A stretch of DNA of 64,000 nt from Selaginella moellendorffii (lineage: Eukaryota > Plantae > Lycopodiophyta): contig NW_003314284.1 of NCBI RefSeq assembly GCF_000143415.4, forward strand, positions 310,001 through 374,000, read 5' to 3'. The notes beneath the pieces were generated by a model. That model made no database searches. It was not told the DNA's origin and saw only the letters and a list, made by a program, of their open reading frames with translations. Shown here piece after piece: positions 25,125-38,209 of this stretch (position 1 is its first letter; the number at the start of each line of letters is the position of its first letter). Made by a program: the position numbers and the translations under genes.

Positions 25125-27397
25125 TTAGAGCTCGTCCTTGACCTCCTCCTTCTTGGGAGGGGCGGCTGCCTCCTCTGGAGCTTGAGACTTCGTCTTCTCG
25201 GATTTTGGTAGCGTGAATGGGATCGCGGCGTTCTTCTTCAAGAACTGGTAGAAGGCTTTGACGCTCCTGTCCGCGTCCACTGTGATCTGCGACGCAGCCA
25301 GAGTTTTTCTCAGAGAGAGATCTCATGACGAAAAGAATTGCGTGCTTACCGGGTCAAAGCTCTTCTTGTTAGCGGGAAAAAACAAGAGCGTGGGAAAACC
25401 ATCCGACTGCACCAACACGACAACCGTGTACGTAAGGAAAAACAAAAAGAGATGAAGTGAAATGAACAGAGGACCACATCACACGAACCTTTGCCCTATG
25501 GTGTTCGTTTGCTGTTCCGTCCATCTTGGCAATCACCAGAGATTTGACTTCTCGGAGCCGAGCTGCGAGCTTGTTGTAGATGGGCTCCAGTGCTTGACAA
25601 TGCCCGCACCACGGAGCATAAATCTGCGAGGGGGATTCGTGGCGAGAGGAAGAATGTAGAATATACAAGCTAAGATATAGCAGTGTACCTCCAGCAAGAC
25701 ATCCTTGGACTCGTCCAGAACAATCTCGTCGAAGTTGCTACCCACGACGATTTTTACATCTCCATCATTCTACAAGCACTGTCTGATGAGCCCACTGTCT
25801 GAAATCATATAGGATTACCTTCTCTGGTACTGGTTCAGATTTATAGAATTGCTGAAGCTTATCTGCCAGAAAGTCCTCACCAAAAGCCTGCCAGAAAAAA
25901 AGAAAGTTCAGTACACAGAAAGTGGACGTGGCAAAAGAAAACCACCTTGAGGTTATCTGTGCTGATATCCTTATCCAACATAAACTTTCGTTGCTCGTCC
26001 GGAGAAAATCCCATCACCTGAAAGATTATTTGGTAAAATCAAGATATTTCTAGTGTAGCTCCTACCTTCGGCTTCTCAGCGGTGATACCAAAATACTCAG
26101 TGATCTGTGCCGCATCCTCTCCCGCAGTGTCAACATGAACAAAAATAAGCTGTCCCACCAGATGCTTTATGAACGAGCAGAGACATAATGAAAAGCACTA
26201 ACCTTTCCTTGTAATGCTTTTGCCGCAGATTGATACGAAGGATACAACGATTTGAAATCTTCGCCACCAGCAAAAAGGAGAAGCTGGAGTAAAAAAGTAC
26301 CAAGTTTAAATATCCCACTTTGAACACCATACCTGTTTCTTTATCGGGTTGTCAAATATCAAACTAGAATTCTCCCCACTAAAAACAATAACCAAAGGCA
26401 ATTTATTTGTTGAGACGAACTGTGAGATTGCATCTTTCTCGAACTTGCCATCTGTGATAATCAAGGTCAGAAGTTAGATCGCCTTGTACATAAAATACAA
26501 ATACCAAAGTGAGAAGTTGTCTCGTGCTCCTTTTTCAGAAGAACCACCGCTGGCCTCTTCTTCGTTTTCAGTTCAAATCGTTCCGCAACTTCTGCCTTCG
26601 TAGTTTGATAGAACAACACATTATCGTCTTGACGTGCAGCAGCAGCGAACTCCTCGGCTTCAGCACCCTGGGAACTAAAACAGTGAGATACCATCAGATC
26701 AACTATAAACTACCTCCAAGCTGCTCAAGAAAGCGACAGCGATTGGGCTTCCAGCTGCCAGAATCGTCTCGGCATCAGAAACAGAATCCACATTTGTAAC
26801 AGCAGGCCCGGTCCTCTTCTTTATCCACTTGATGATCTCATCCCTGAAGAAAAAGAATACGAGAATATAAAGGTTTTCACGCAGAGACCTCGCTTACCCA
26901 GTCCGGTGCCCGGAGTATGAGCGCTTCACACCATCCACGAAGAAGAAGATGGTTGGAAATCCTTGCACCTCATGCTCCTGGGACAAGTCGTGCTCCACGG
27001 TAGCGTCTACTTTGGCAAGAGCCACTTCACCTTTGAGCTTGGTGGCGGCGTCGGCGTACTCTGGAGCTAGCTGCTGGCAGTGGCCACACCACGGAGCATA
27101 AAACTCCACCATCACGAACTTGTTCTTCTTGATGAAATCGCTGAAGTTGCCGCTGCCGAGCACCACCACGTCCTTATCGTCCACGGCTGGATACTGCTCG
27201 TCCTCCCAGGATCCATAATCCTCCTCCTCGGGCCCCTCCTCGGCAAGATCGTGAGCAGCGGCCTTGTGCTGCGGCTCGTCCTCGGCGTCCAGATCTTCCA
27301 GATCGTCGGCATCCTCGGAATGTACCTGGATGAAGCTCGCGCATGCCAGCAGCGCCGCGAGGAGGAGCACCAAGAACAAATGCCGGTTTCTTGCCAT
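25125..27397 (-). CDS. PDI: Protein disulfide isomerase with acidic N-terminal extension (PDIL1-3/1-4-like)
   Basis: Signal peptide, two APWCGHC thioredoxin sites, C-terminal KDEL then stop. Confidence 0.95.
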
Positions 27398-27727
27398 GTC
27401 TAGCCGAGGATCGGTGACTCTTGCGCAGATTCCCTAGAATCCCGAGATCGCGAGCATAAGAGATCCAGATCCACAATGCGGCCACAAGAAATCGAAGATC
27501 GCGAGAAAGAGAGACCGTACCTTCACAGCAATCGCATCCCTGAGCTCCGAGAGGCCGGATAGGTCACAGTCTCTCCACTCTTACACATCCAATTCTCTTT
27601 GATTTGTTTAAACCAGATGAGAAAGTCAAGACCAAAAGTCGACACGTGGACGAACATGAGCCCTTCAAACAAGCGGCTGAGATACGGCTCACGTATCATA
27701 TGGTTTTAATTTTGTCGCGAACGTTTA

Positions 27728-29461
27728 TCACGTAGTACGATAGCAGTCCGTGAAGATCCACTTCATGGCTCCAGCAATGGTGAGAAGTTTCATGTAGTGC
27801 ATTCCAGCGAATCTGGGCGGCATCTCCATCGGACTGATTAGAACTGGCGATTGAACGTCGGCAAATCCATCCTCGGCAGCGACCAAAGTTACGTCGCTCT
27901 TGATCCACTTGGGGGCCGAGTCCGAGATCACCAGATCGTCCACAAATCTCGGCTTCCTCCCACGGTCCAGGAACTTTGCCCGGGCTCTCTCCGGGACCAG
28001 CTTCAAGGCCTCTTGAAACGTTCTCTCGTTGAAACCGGCAGCGATCCTGGACGATGGCGGTGATGGAGCTTCATCGTCCTTTTGATCGTCAGCTGCTTTA
28101 AAAGCTGTGATGATCGCTTCCCTGCTCTTCATTTTGATCCACAAGCTCCGCACCACCTGAAAGTTGTCTTGGCTCTTCAAGTACGTGTTGACAAACACCT
28201 TGCGTGCTGGCTTGTGCTCGATCCACGGCTTGGAGTAGACAAAGTTGTCTTCGTAGTCGTGCTGGATCACAGAAACCTGGCCCTCGCTCAAAACTTGAGG
28301 CGATACCTTTGCGAGATCCAGCTGATAGTTCTTCACGCCGGATGATCCCTGCTCTTTTATCGCCTCCCAGTAACTCCTACACATCTCGTGTGTGTTCTTC
28401 ACAGCTTTTTCCAGCTCAAGCAACGCACTCGCGCTCTCGGGAGCAGCATGTACCGTGACGAAGGCAGCGATCAATCTCCCAACATCAGCTCGAGCTTGCT
28501 CGATTGGTATCTCGGCGTCGAGGTCTCCTCTAGCTTTGTTTGGAACTCCGTGCGAGACCTGTGCATGGTTCATGCCGGGGATGGCCACCACGGGCTTCCT
28601 TCCATAAGTGTTGAAGCTTCCCATCTCTTCCTCGACGTCGAAGATCTCTCCTGCATGCTTGGCAATCGCTCCCAACGTGATCTGTCCATCCAGCTCCCCG
28701 CTCAAAGTGAGAACCGGCTTTGGATACTGGCTCAGATTATCTGGATTCGTGTGGAAGCAGCTTCCAATCTGGATGAATCCTTGAGCACGACCCACTGCTA
28801 CTGCTCTTCCAGTCCAGGCTCCCCAGCTGAGGCACCATAGCTCGTTTAGATCATCACAAAGATAAGAAAAAAAAAGTGAATCGCGCACCTGTGGCCTGCG
28901 ATGAAGATGTTATCCATTGCAAGCTGTCCTGGACGAAACCCACGGTCTTTCATCCTCTCGAGAATTCCATCCAGGCTTTGCTCGATGATCTCCTGGGAAA
29001 TCACGTTATTTGGAGGATTGACAATCGCAATCCACATCCGGAGCTCGCAAGAGCGTTGGATCTCCTGGCAAAGCGGGATGTAATCGCTCGCGGGCGTCAA
29101 TGCGCCAGAAGCGAACACGATAGCCACATCCTGACCTCCCTCCCGGACTGGCTCGAGGATCTAGAGGTAAGAAACGAGCACAAATTTCCATCCGGTAAGC
29201 CGAGACAGAAGATCCACTTACGATTGCATTCGCAGAGGAGTCGAAATCTTGCAGGGGCGACAATGCCGCCTGATGATCTGGGATCGCGCGAGCGCTTTGG
29301 GAGAGCGCGATCGCCGACGTCGTCGCCGCGGAATTGGCTGCCAATCCGGCACAGCTCCCAGACGCCATGGCCGATCGCCTGGAATGGGGCACGCGGGCGC
29401 AAAACCTAGAAACCTGGCAGCTGGAGAAAAGCAAAGGCTTGAGAACGAGAAGAGCTCTCAT
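27728..29461 (-). CDS. Alpha/beta-hydrolase fold protein with possible organellar transit peptide
   Basis: Spliced IFIAGH|SWG nucleophile elbow, VLTLSGELDG (acid), IPGMNHAQ (His). Arg/Ser-rich N-terminus. Confidence 0.75.
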
Positions 29462-29636
29462 CCCTCCTTACGTGGCAGCATCTCATATTACACAAGAAAA
29501 AGTTACCTATATAGTAACTGACAGCATTTGCCCAAGCTCCATGAGCTCTTGGTGAGATTTCGCGTGGAAAACGATTTTACATTAGTAAGAACGTTTGTAA
29601 AGTAGACATGGACACCTAGACACATGTCTTTTGGTC

Positions 29637-30401
29637 ATGGCGAGCGGTAACGAAGAGGAGAAGAAGGAGCAATCCACATCCAAGACAAGGATCTTAATCG
29701 CTGTGAGTCACTCATCGATCAAGGGCTATCCCCACGCATCGATCAGCAGCGACACAGCTTTCCACTGGGTGCTCGACAAGCTCGTCAAGCCCACCTCCTC
29801 CTCCATTGGCCATCGCCGCGAGGATTTCGAGCTTAGCATCCTCCACATCCAGGTCCCCGACGAAGATGGTCAGTGAGATCTCTCTCGCTCGATCGCTGTT
29901 TGATCTTTAGCGTTTCTTCTCTCCAGGGCCGGACGACGATCTCGACAGCGTGTATGAATCCGCCAGTGACTTCCACAGCATGAAGGAGCGGGAGCTCACG
30001 CGGGGGTTGCATTTGCTGGAGCATTTCGTTCGGATTTGCGACGATGCAAAGGTAGATCTCACAAAGAACCTTTGATGAACTCCAATTTTTTTTCTTCTTC
30101 TTGCAAAGATCCCCTGTAAAGCTTGGATCAAAGCAGGCGATCCCAAGGAGCTCATCTGCAAAGAGGCTGCCAAGCTCCAGCCGGACATGCTAGTGCTTGG
30201 CAGCAGAGGTCTCAAAACGATGCAAAGGTAGAGTCCTCTTCTCACTCAACTCCCAAGTTCTTCCGGGGATCACGCAAGCTTTTCTCGTGCAGGATGTTTG
30301 TTGGTACCGTGAGCCTCTATTGTACCACCCATGCAACGTGCCCCGTGCTAGTGATCAAGAGAAAGCCACAGGACACGCCAGATGATCCTATGGATGACTA
30401 G
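29637..30401 (+). CDS. Universal stress protein A-like
   Basis: RILIAVSHSSIKGYPHASISS, GDPKELICKEA..PDMLVLGSRG and FVGTVSLYCTTHATCPVLVIKR. Confidence 0.92.
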
Positions 30402-30499
30402 ATGATCCAAACAAAGTGGACTATGATCGTTTGCTGTTATTCAACCAAAGCACAATAAAACAATGTGAAAAAACAAAAAGAAGAGATAGAACTTACCTC

Positions 30500-33400
30500 T
30501 CACGTAGTGTAGCCAAATCTATAGTAGCGTTGACCGAGTCTGTCCGGAGGAGGCAGCGGCGGAGGAGGAGGAGTGCACGGCGGCGGAGACGAAGGCAAAG
30601 GCGGAGCTTGGAGGTAGAACAAGTGCCCGTCGTAGTGCCTGGCCCAGTTTATCTCCACCACCGGCGAGACGTCTTCCATCTCGAGCTCGCCATCGACTTG
30701 CTCCAAGACGTGGGGGTACCTGGATTGTCCTGCCGGGTCGGGAGCTAGCTCCTCGTCCTGTCCTCCAATTTTTCCACCGTTATACTCGTCGTCTTCCGGG
30801 CCGCGCTGCATTGCCAGGCCCGGCAAAGGAAAGCTGGCGTTGCTGCAATTACAAGACAAGGACTGCGTGAGCGCGTTTTCTCAAAAATTCTCTTTCTCTA
30901 TCACCTGCCATATTCGTCGACTTGCATGCCTTCCATCTCCCGGATTGGATCGTTGAGCGGGCGCTCGGTTCTACACGGACGCTGGCCGGCGTTCAAGTTG
31001 GCTGGCTTGTCGGCGTCGTGAAACTCGATCTCGCGCATGAAGTGCCGGACAACGGACTCTGGGAAGACGTTGCGTTCCAGCCACTGCTGGAGAACCTGGA
31101 AACGATTCGTGTCAGAACATCGGCATCCTGATAGAGATTCGTTACCTTTAAACACTGCCTTCGATTCTCTCTCGCAAAGTTGCCAGGAGGAGCTGCAGCA
31201 CTTAACAGGCGGGGCAAGGTATTTTGTATCAAGGAACTGTACGCTCCAGCGGCCGTTCCTGAAATTGTTTACGGGTTTCAAAGAACACAAACAAGAAAAA
31301 AGCTTTTATCATTCTCACACCTTTCTGGTTATGTGACCATTGCGCTATAGAGTCGATTGCCAGGAACAAGTCAATGCGCCTGTGAAAGCTTTTTTCCGTT
31401 TCCAGCCTTCTGGCTATAATATCAATCGCCTACATGACAATGAGAGAGCTTCAGAGATCAATGATAGTAACGAAAAGAAAGAATAATACCTGTTCGCTGG
31501 TTCCAAGCCTTGCACAATCAACCGCTTGACGAGTAACACGGCCGATACTATCTTTGGCTCTTGAGAGATTGTCCAGCAAGCCTTCAAGTGCATCTTGTGC
31601 CGAATCTGCCTCCGCACTGCATGTTTATCACTTGACATTATGTCCGAGCGAAATAAAAGAGGACGATTATTTACCGTGAAGATTATAAGTGTTAGTGAAT
31701 TCTCCAACGAAAACATGTTCAACCTCAGAGCAGCTTCCCGGTGCGGGTCAGACTTTCTGGAATACAGCATCGAGGGAACCGAAAAGTTCTGCTTGGAATG
31801 AGAAACGGCAAGATAGTATTTCATGGAGGTTGAAGGAGCGGAGGTATTCTTGGAAGCAAGCTTTTGCTTCTTCTCTTTGGCAGCTTCATATCTGCAAAAA
31901 CCAGGAGATAGATTAGCAACACCGAGGAGTGTGCCTGATGCAAATGACTTACGCTTCTCTGACCCTGTTGACGTCTTCGCAATAAAACCGAGAAGCTGAG
32001 TGCGTTACGTTCAGGTAGTCCACGCTCAGCTCGTGATCTTCTACTGCGAGATTGTTCCGTACCAGCCTCCTCTTGAACAAAGTGCGCCTCGGCAAATGTT
32101 CCTCCCTTGATGTTTCACATCCGAGCTGAGCCTTTTGATTCTTCAGCTTTTTTAGCGTTGTATCAGGTCGCAAAGTCTTGGGACCCTGTAAACTTTTTAC
32201 AGGCACGTCTGCTCTGCTACTTCCTTTTTCGTTTTTCAGGAGTCGACTGGATCTCGAAGTTGTTCCTGCTTTTGGCTTGGCAGCTTCTTCATCTTCGGAG
32301 CCTTCAGTACCACCTGTCATCGCTTCTAAGACTCGCTGGCGACGTTTACACGGAGGAAGAGGTGCCTCACTGTCTGTCAAACTGCTTCGTAGGCGATACT
32401 TTTCAGCTTTCAACGGAAATTGCCTCTTGTCGCCCATGTTTGACGTCTTCAAATCTTGCAAATCTTGCAAATCACTGCCTTCGAGACACTGCTTCTTTGG
32501 AAATCGTTTTTGTCTCGGTTCGTGCCAGGGTTTTCTGTCACAGCATCCTTCATGAATAATGCGAGCACTGGCCCTCTTTACCAAAGGAAGATGTTTGTCT
32601 GAGATCTCCTCCACCACCGGTTCGGGTCTTTTCCTTTGTTCAGACCAGCCTGTTCGTTGTTTCTTTACTGCTGCTGTTTTCAGCTCGCCTGGTTTTCTCT
32701 CCAGAGAGTCACCAAATCCCTCCGCATAATCAGGATCATCATCGTCTTCATCGCTATCACTGCTAGAGCTAACCTGGAAGAAAACAAACAGATCAAGACT
32801 CTTCAAGATACAATGCCACACTTACAACTTTTGCCTGTAATCTTTTTGTCGCAATCTGCCTCTTCCTCTTTTGACAGATTTTGATTGATGAGAAGTTCAG
32901 CGTTCTCCTCCGAAACTTGGTCGACGATCTAGAGCTGTGTCTCAGCCAGCTGAATTTAGGAGGATGTTGCTGCGGTTCCTGCAGATCGCTTTTCTCCTTC
33001 TCATCCTCCTCAAGAACACCATTGTTGAAGGAATCCAGCTCTTCGTGAAAAGCGAAGTTTGTAAGCACTTTGTCCACAAGCGGCACACCCTGGTTCTCCC
33101 CTTCGAGCATGCTGTTGCACGAGTTCGTACACGAAGACTCCCAGTCTCTCTGGTTCAGATGGCTGTCTCTTCCATCGGTTCGCTCTTCAATCTGGACTGT
33201 GCTCCTCTTTCTCTTCCCTCGTCCACTGTCAGGCCTAGAAAGATGGACGTTCGCTCCATTCCCTTTCCTGGATTCCAGTGACTGAGCCAAGGTACCAGCT
33301 GCCTGGATGGTGTCCACGTTACTGGAGCTCTGCACGTCATTGTCTTTGTCACTCCCGGGTTGATCGAGCTCCCTCGTCACTGTTAGCTCTCCACTTTCGT

Positions 33401-33943
33401 CAGCCACCTCGCATATCTCCTTCACTGCTCGTTTGAGATCCGAGGGGACGCATTTCGATAGCGTCCTGGCATGAAGCGCGGCTCTGGCCTCCACAGTAAA
33501 GGCTGAGATCTCCGAATGCTGGCAGAAGCGTCTGTAATGAAGAAACCGATGAGGAACGAAAGTTGGATCACTCGCAAGAGCTGGGAAAAAAAAGGAAAGA
33601 AAAAAGTTCTACAATCGTTACTCCTCTCACAAAAGAAAAGCATCACAAGAACATTGCATTGTCTCTTACATTTGCTTCGTTCCAAAGAAGACCACGAAAA
33701 CCTTGGCGGGATTGCGCTGCCGCCCGAAATCCTCTGCCCTGCTGACCTGTGCGTCCATCAGTTCCTCACGAATCAAGGATTTTCACAGCGCGGTGGAGCA
33801 AGAGCAAATGCGGCACGGATTTTCGCTCGTACCTGAGCCGGCCACGCCGGGAATCCCTTCACTTTGGCAAGAACAAGGTCGCCGATCTTCCATTGCACAG
33901 CTGCGATGGCGGCCGAGGATCCCTTGGCCCGTTTCTTGGCCAT
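30500..33943 (-). CDS. HUA2/HULK-like protein (PWWP + CTD-interacting domain + Pro-rich tail)
   Basis: WKIGDLVLAKVKGFPAWPA, LSRAKDSIGRVTRQAVDC, ENRRQCLK|VLQQWLER and ERPLNDPIREMEGMQVDEYG|SNAS. Confidence 0.88.
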
Positions 33944-34007
33944 CGCTCTCGTCCCAACTGTCCCCTTTCCCTAAACGAATATCCGGCTATAAGTTAGCAA
34001 GCAAATG

Positions 34008-34016
34008 TTAGGGTTT
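34008..34016. promoter_or_regulatory. Telo-box in the divergent HUA2-like/Y14 intergenic region
   Basis: TTAGGGTTT (AAACCCTAA on the minus strand) inside the 94-bp spacer between the two start codons. Confidence 0.55.
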
Positions 34017-34037
34017 TGAGAGGGCAAAGAAGAGGTA

Positions 34038-34808
34038 ATGGCGACGGCGGACATGGATGCTGTGGATTTCGAGCCGGAGGAGGACGATCTCCTCGACGAG
34101 GATGTGGCGATGGAAGACGTGGAGCCAGCGCCGCAGCCCAGGGTGAGATCTACGATTATTGGGGGCGCGCCCAAGCACACCAAGGGGCGGGGGTTTCGCG
34201 ACGAAGGTAGCAGTGATCGCTCCAACAGGTTTGCCCGGGATTTCGATACCATTGTCTCGGACGACAAGGACGGCGCCCAGAAGTGTAAGCCCTAGCTCTC
34301 GCTTCATCTTTCTTTTTCATCCTTTCTTTCCCATCGTTTACTTGGATTGAAACGCAGCTATCGAGGGCTGGATCATTCTGGTGACTGGCGTCCACGAAGA
34401 AGCCCAGGAAGACGATGTGCACGAGATGTTCGCCGACGCTGGAGTGATCAAGAATCTCAACCTTAACTTGGATCGAAGGACTGGTTTTGTCAAGGTACGA
34501 TTTTTTTCTTCCAGAGTTCCAGGTTCTGAGCTCCTTGTTCCAGGGCTATGCTCTCATCGAGTATGAGCACAAGGAAGAGGCCCAGGCAGCCATTAGCAAC
34601 TTCAACGGAGCCGAGCTGCTGACACAAACCATTAGCGTCGACTGGGCTTTCAAATCCGGGCCTTCCTCGCATCAGTCCTCTCGAAGCAATCGCTCCAGGA
34701 AAAGGTACTCTTGGGCGTACAACTCCTCTTTTCTTCTTACTGAATTCTCGTCTCAGGTCTTCTCCTCGAAGCCACAGGTCCCGAAGTCCTGCAAGGCGAA
34801 GGTACTGA
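34038..34808 (+). CDS. Y14: Exon junction complex subunit Y14/RBM8A
   Basis: [45 protein letters not shown]|[15 protein letters not shown] and an RS-rich tail. Confidence 0.95.
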
Positions 34809-35297
34809 GCCATCGAGAGACGAGGAGAGAAAGAACCACAAGCATTGGGAGAGATCTTAGCGGTGTAGGCCATCAACGCCTACATCTTCTACATAGCCAA
34901 TGTGAGCATTGCAAAAAGATTTCTTTTTTGACATCGTTCTAGTTTGTATTTTATAGACAGCCCTTTGATCCCTTTTCTTTCAAACAGTGTTGGATCTATT
35001 TACAATTTGGATCTTTGATCATTTCATTTACAAAATCAATCTACCCGCGCAAGTTTCTTACCCCCGCCAGGAATAGTGGATTCGATTTTCATATGGTTAC
35101 TGTGTGCTAGAGACACGAACGGTCCAATTCAGTTGGAAAGCATGATCGCTCCATTAGAAACGGTTAATGCCCCCACTCCTTCTCATAATTAAGTATAGAT
35201 TAATTTGGAGAAACTGCGTCCCGTGCGTGTCCTTTGTTTCCCGCCTTCTATCTCACAAAAGATTCCCAAAACCGATACCTTCCGATACCTTGTGCTG

Positions 35298-36626
35298 CTA
35301 GCCCACGTAGTAGAGATCCTTGAGCGCATTGAAGTTTATGATGAGGTACTTGGTGATCTCGTCCGCGTGCTTGGCGGTGTTAGGGCAAGAGCCACAGTGG
35401 TCCGGGTGGTAATGCGAGATTGCCCGCCTATACGCGCTCTTGAGCTCACCAACGTCGCGAATATCCCCGAGATTCGAGAGAGATTCCCCCCTCCTCCGGC
35501 TGGGCGGGTACCTGTCGTACAGGCAGCGCAGGAAGTCGAGAGGCGGGAGGCTGTTAAACAGGCGCTCCACATCCGACGGCCCTGATCGCGCCGCAAGATC
35601 CGACGGCTGGCGTCCACCGCCTCTGTTCTTGGGGGGCGAGCTCCGGAAGCTACTACACCCGCGTGGCGAATTCAAATTCCCACCAATCCTGCTCTGCGCC
35701 GACTGCGATCGCTCCTCGGAGTAGCTCTGATTCCTTCGCAGCTCCGCCGGATTGGGCCGGCTCGCGGCGGCGCCCTGGTGCCGGAATTCGCCGGTTTTGG
35801 GCGACGAGCTCGGTGAATTCCTCCGGAGCTCCTCGCAGGCATCGATTTGCTTGACGATCGAGGCGCGGAGGGCGGCGATCTCGGCGAGAAACGCCGCGGC
35901 GGAGGGATCCGTGTGTGCCTGCGCGATCGAGAGGTGGAAGAGGCAGTCGCGCAGCACCGGCACGCGGGCGAATCGCGCGTCGAGGGCCATGGCGTTCTTG
36001 AGGCCGTGCTGGGCGCAGGACTTGTGGACGATGGCGCTGGCCTGGAGCTTGACGTTGGTCGGGACCTTTTGCTGGAACACCGCGCAGAGCTCCGCGAGGA
36101 ATCGCCCCTTGTATCGCCCGCCCATGGGCGAGCTCTCGCGGATATCATCCACTGTCCACGCCACATCCACCAGCGTCCAGTGGATCCCCTGGACCCATTC
36201 CTTGGGCTGGGCTGGAGGGCGGCTGAAATTCAAGGCCTCGAGGAAGTAGCTGACGCTGCTGAGAAGATCGAAGCACAGGGATTCCAAGAAAGCCTCTTGC
36301 TGCTGCTGCTGCCGGGGATTCTTCTCCTCCACCATCGCCAATCTGTGCTTGGATCGCGCCCAAAAGGCCTGCCCTAGGTTCTTGCAACACATCGCGCGAT
36401 CGCTGTCGCTCGGGCTGAGAGAGAGGGCCTGGCAGTACAATTGGATGGCGTCCTGGAGCCTGGAGCTGCGAATCCCGGGCAGCGATGTCTGCGCCATCGC
36501 CTCGTGGTAGAGAGTGTTGCCGCGCTCGCGGAGGCATTTGCTGCGCGAGAAGCTCGACGCGAAATCGCCACCGCCGCCGCCGCCACCACCTGGATTTGTC
36601 GCTGCCGCTTTCAATCCACTGGCCAT
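35298..36626 (-). CDS. Single-exon TPR-like protein with C-terminal J-domain-like HPD motif
   Basis: LRERGNTLY..AIQLYCQAL..CCKNLGQA (TPR-like) and LKSAYRRAISHYHPDH..EITKYL (J-like); 442 aa ORF. Confidence 0.75.
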   Translation of the reverse strand: MASGLKAAATNPGGGGGGGGDFASSFSRSKCLRERGNTLYHEAMAQTSLPGIRSSRLQDAIQLYCQALSLSPSDSDRAMCCKNLGQAFWARSKHRLAMVEEKNPRQQQQQEAFLESLCFDLLSSVSYFLEALNFSRPPAQPKEWVQGIHWTLVDVAWTVDDIRESSPMGGRYKGRFLAELCAVFQQKVPTNVKLQASAIVHKSCAQHGLKNAMALDARFARVPVLRDCLFHLSIAQAHTDPSAAAFLAEIAALRASIVKQIDACEELRRNSPSSSPKTGEFRHQGAAASRPNPAELRRNQSYSEERSQSAQSRIGGNLNSPRGCSSFRSSPPKNRGGGRQPSDLAARSGPSDVERLFNSLPPLDFLRCLYDRYPPSRRRGESLSNLGDIRDVGELKSAYRRAISHYHPDHCGSCPNTAKHADEITKYLIINFNALKDLYYVG

Positions 36627-37060
36627 CGGAAAGAACAGAGAGGAAAAGAGAAAGAAACCCTGGCGGCGCCCTTGCCAATTCGCCGAGATCCTGGGCGAGA
36701 AAAGCCGAGGAACAAGAATCTAACCGCGGAAAGATAGCTGCGATCGACGATCCCGTGGAGAAAATGCCACAAACTTCTTGGCGCCGACCGAGAATCCAAA
36801 ATCCAAAGCGAAAGATAGAATCTTCCTTGAGCGCAAGGGAAGAGACGCTACCTATCTAATAAAAGGATCCGATCGATCGATCGCTAGCTCCGCGCGTAGC
36901 AATCACCGACAGATGGCGCAATTGGTGCCCGCCAAGCTCGGGACGGAATGACATGATCCAAGCCAAGAAATTGGACTATAAAAAAAAATGTCACACAGAC
37001 ACACGCACACACAAGAGGGGAGAGGAAACACCAACGGGCTTTCCCCCCGAATTTCTAGTG

Positions 37061-37223
37061 ACGTGGCGAGCATTCCGGCCCGGAATCGTGTCGGTGGCCA
37101 GCTCTAAGTTTCAAATCCCAATCGTCCGGCCCCGCGCGGCACACGTGGCCGCTCCGCGCGGTCCCCATTCCGGATGAACTTTGGCGGAGGCCCTAGCAAC
37201 AGAGATCTCACCCGACACGTGGC
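37061..37223. promoter_or_regulatory. Cluster of three ABRE/G-box elements
   Basis: ACGTGGC at 37061, 37143 and 37217 (the last two as CACGTGGC), 430-600 bp upstream of the TPR/J gene. Confidence 0.5.
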
Positions 37224-38209
37224 GGGGTGTGAGTGGGGTCTCCTCCGCTGTGGAGGGGGGTGGTGTTTTAAGATCGCTTGGCGTTTTCCTGTATGGCCCA
37301 AACGGTCAAAATTTTGGTCACGGAACGTACGTGTGCGCCATAAACATGAAAGCGGTCCCAATTTGTGCCCTGATCTTTCCGTATGAACTTTTTCTCTTGC
37401 AATCCATATATATCTTGTTTTGTTTGCTTTGCGAATGGAATCGAAAAATCCGGAAGGTGTTGTCAACTTGTGATTGCCAGACAAGAGAGACGAGAAACTC
37501 TCCTCTTCTCTTCGATCAATCGCCCAAGTTCTAGGGGGCCAATCGCCAGCCCCACCCAAGAGTTTTCAATGCATACTTGCGTCACCTTTTCAAGGATTTG
37601 GATAGACTCGAAGGAAATTTACGTGTTGTGGAGGAGGTTGGGCAAACTCACACGACTGCCCAAATCGATTGAACATTGGCCAAGTGTTATCTATAACAAT
37701 GGGGCCCTGATAATTCAATCCTTTTACTTTCCACGCTATGATTCACAAGAATACGTTACACACGTATCATAATCTAGTTCACCCCACTCTGAATTGTTGA
37801 ATTCAGAAGGTTGTTCGAATTTATCTAAAACGTCACGCGCAAACAAAGCTGGGCCGGGCGGGCCGGACGAAAGAAAATTTTAGCATTCGTTTGTAGATCA
37901 ATCATGTTCGCGAAAAACTGTGACTTGGGAGACATCCTTTCACTTATGAACCACCTGATATGATTCAAATTTTCAATGAATGAATGAAAATAATTATCAA
38001 TGAGCTTTTAACTTTTTTTAAATATCTTGTCTTAAATATAATCATTTCGCAGAAGCACGAGAACCCAACGACGGCGTCCTTTTATATAATTCAATATTTT
38101 GAGTAAACTTGCATACAAGTTTTCAATTCTTACAAGTTTTCATAATTATTTGGTTAAGAAATGAGTAACAGGGTTAACCAAATCATAACAAAGAACAAAC
38201 AGCATCGTT

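Noticed and set aside
35205-36859. Many overlapping alternative-frame ORFs
   Set aside because: Expected shadow ORFs of a GC-rich coding sequence; no independent motifs.
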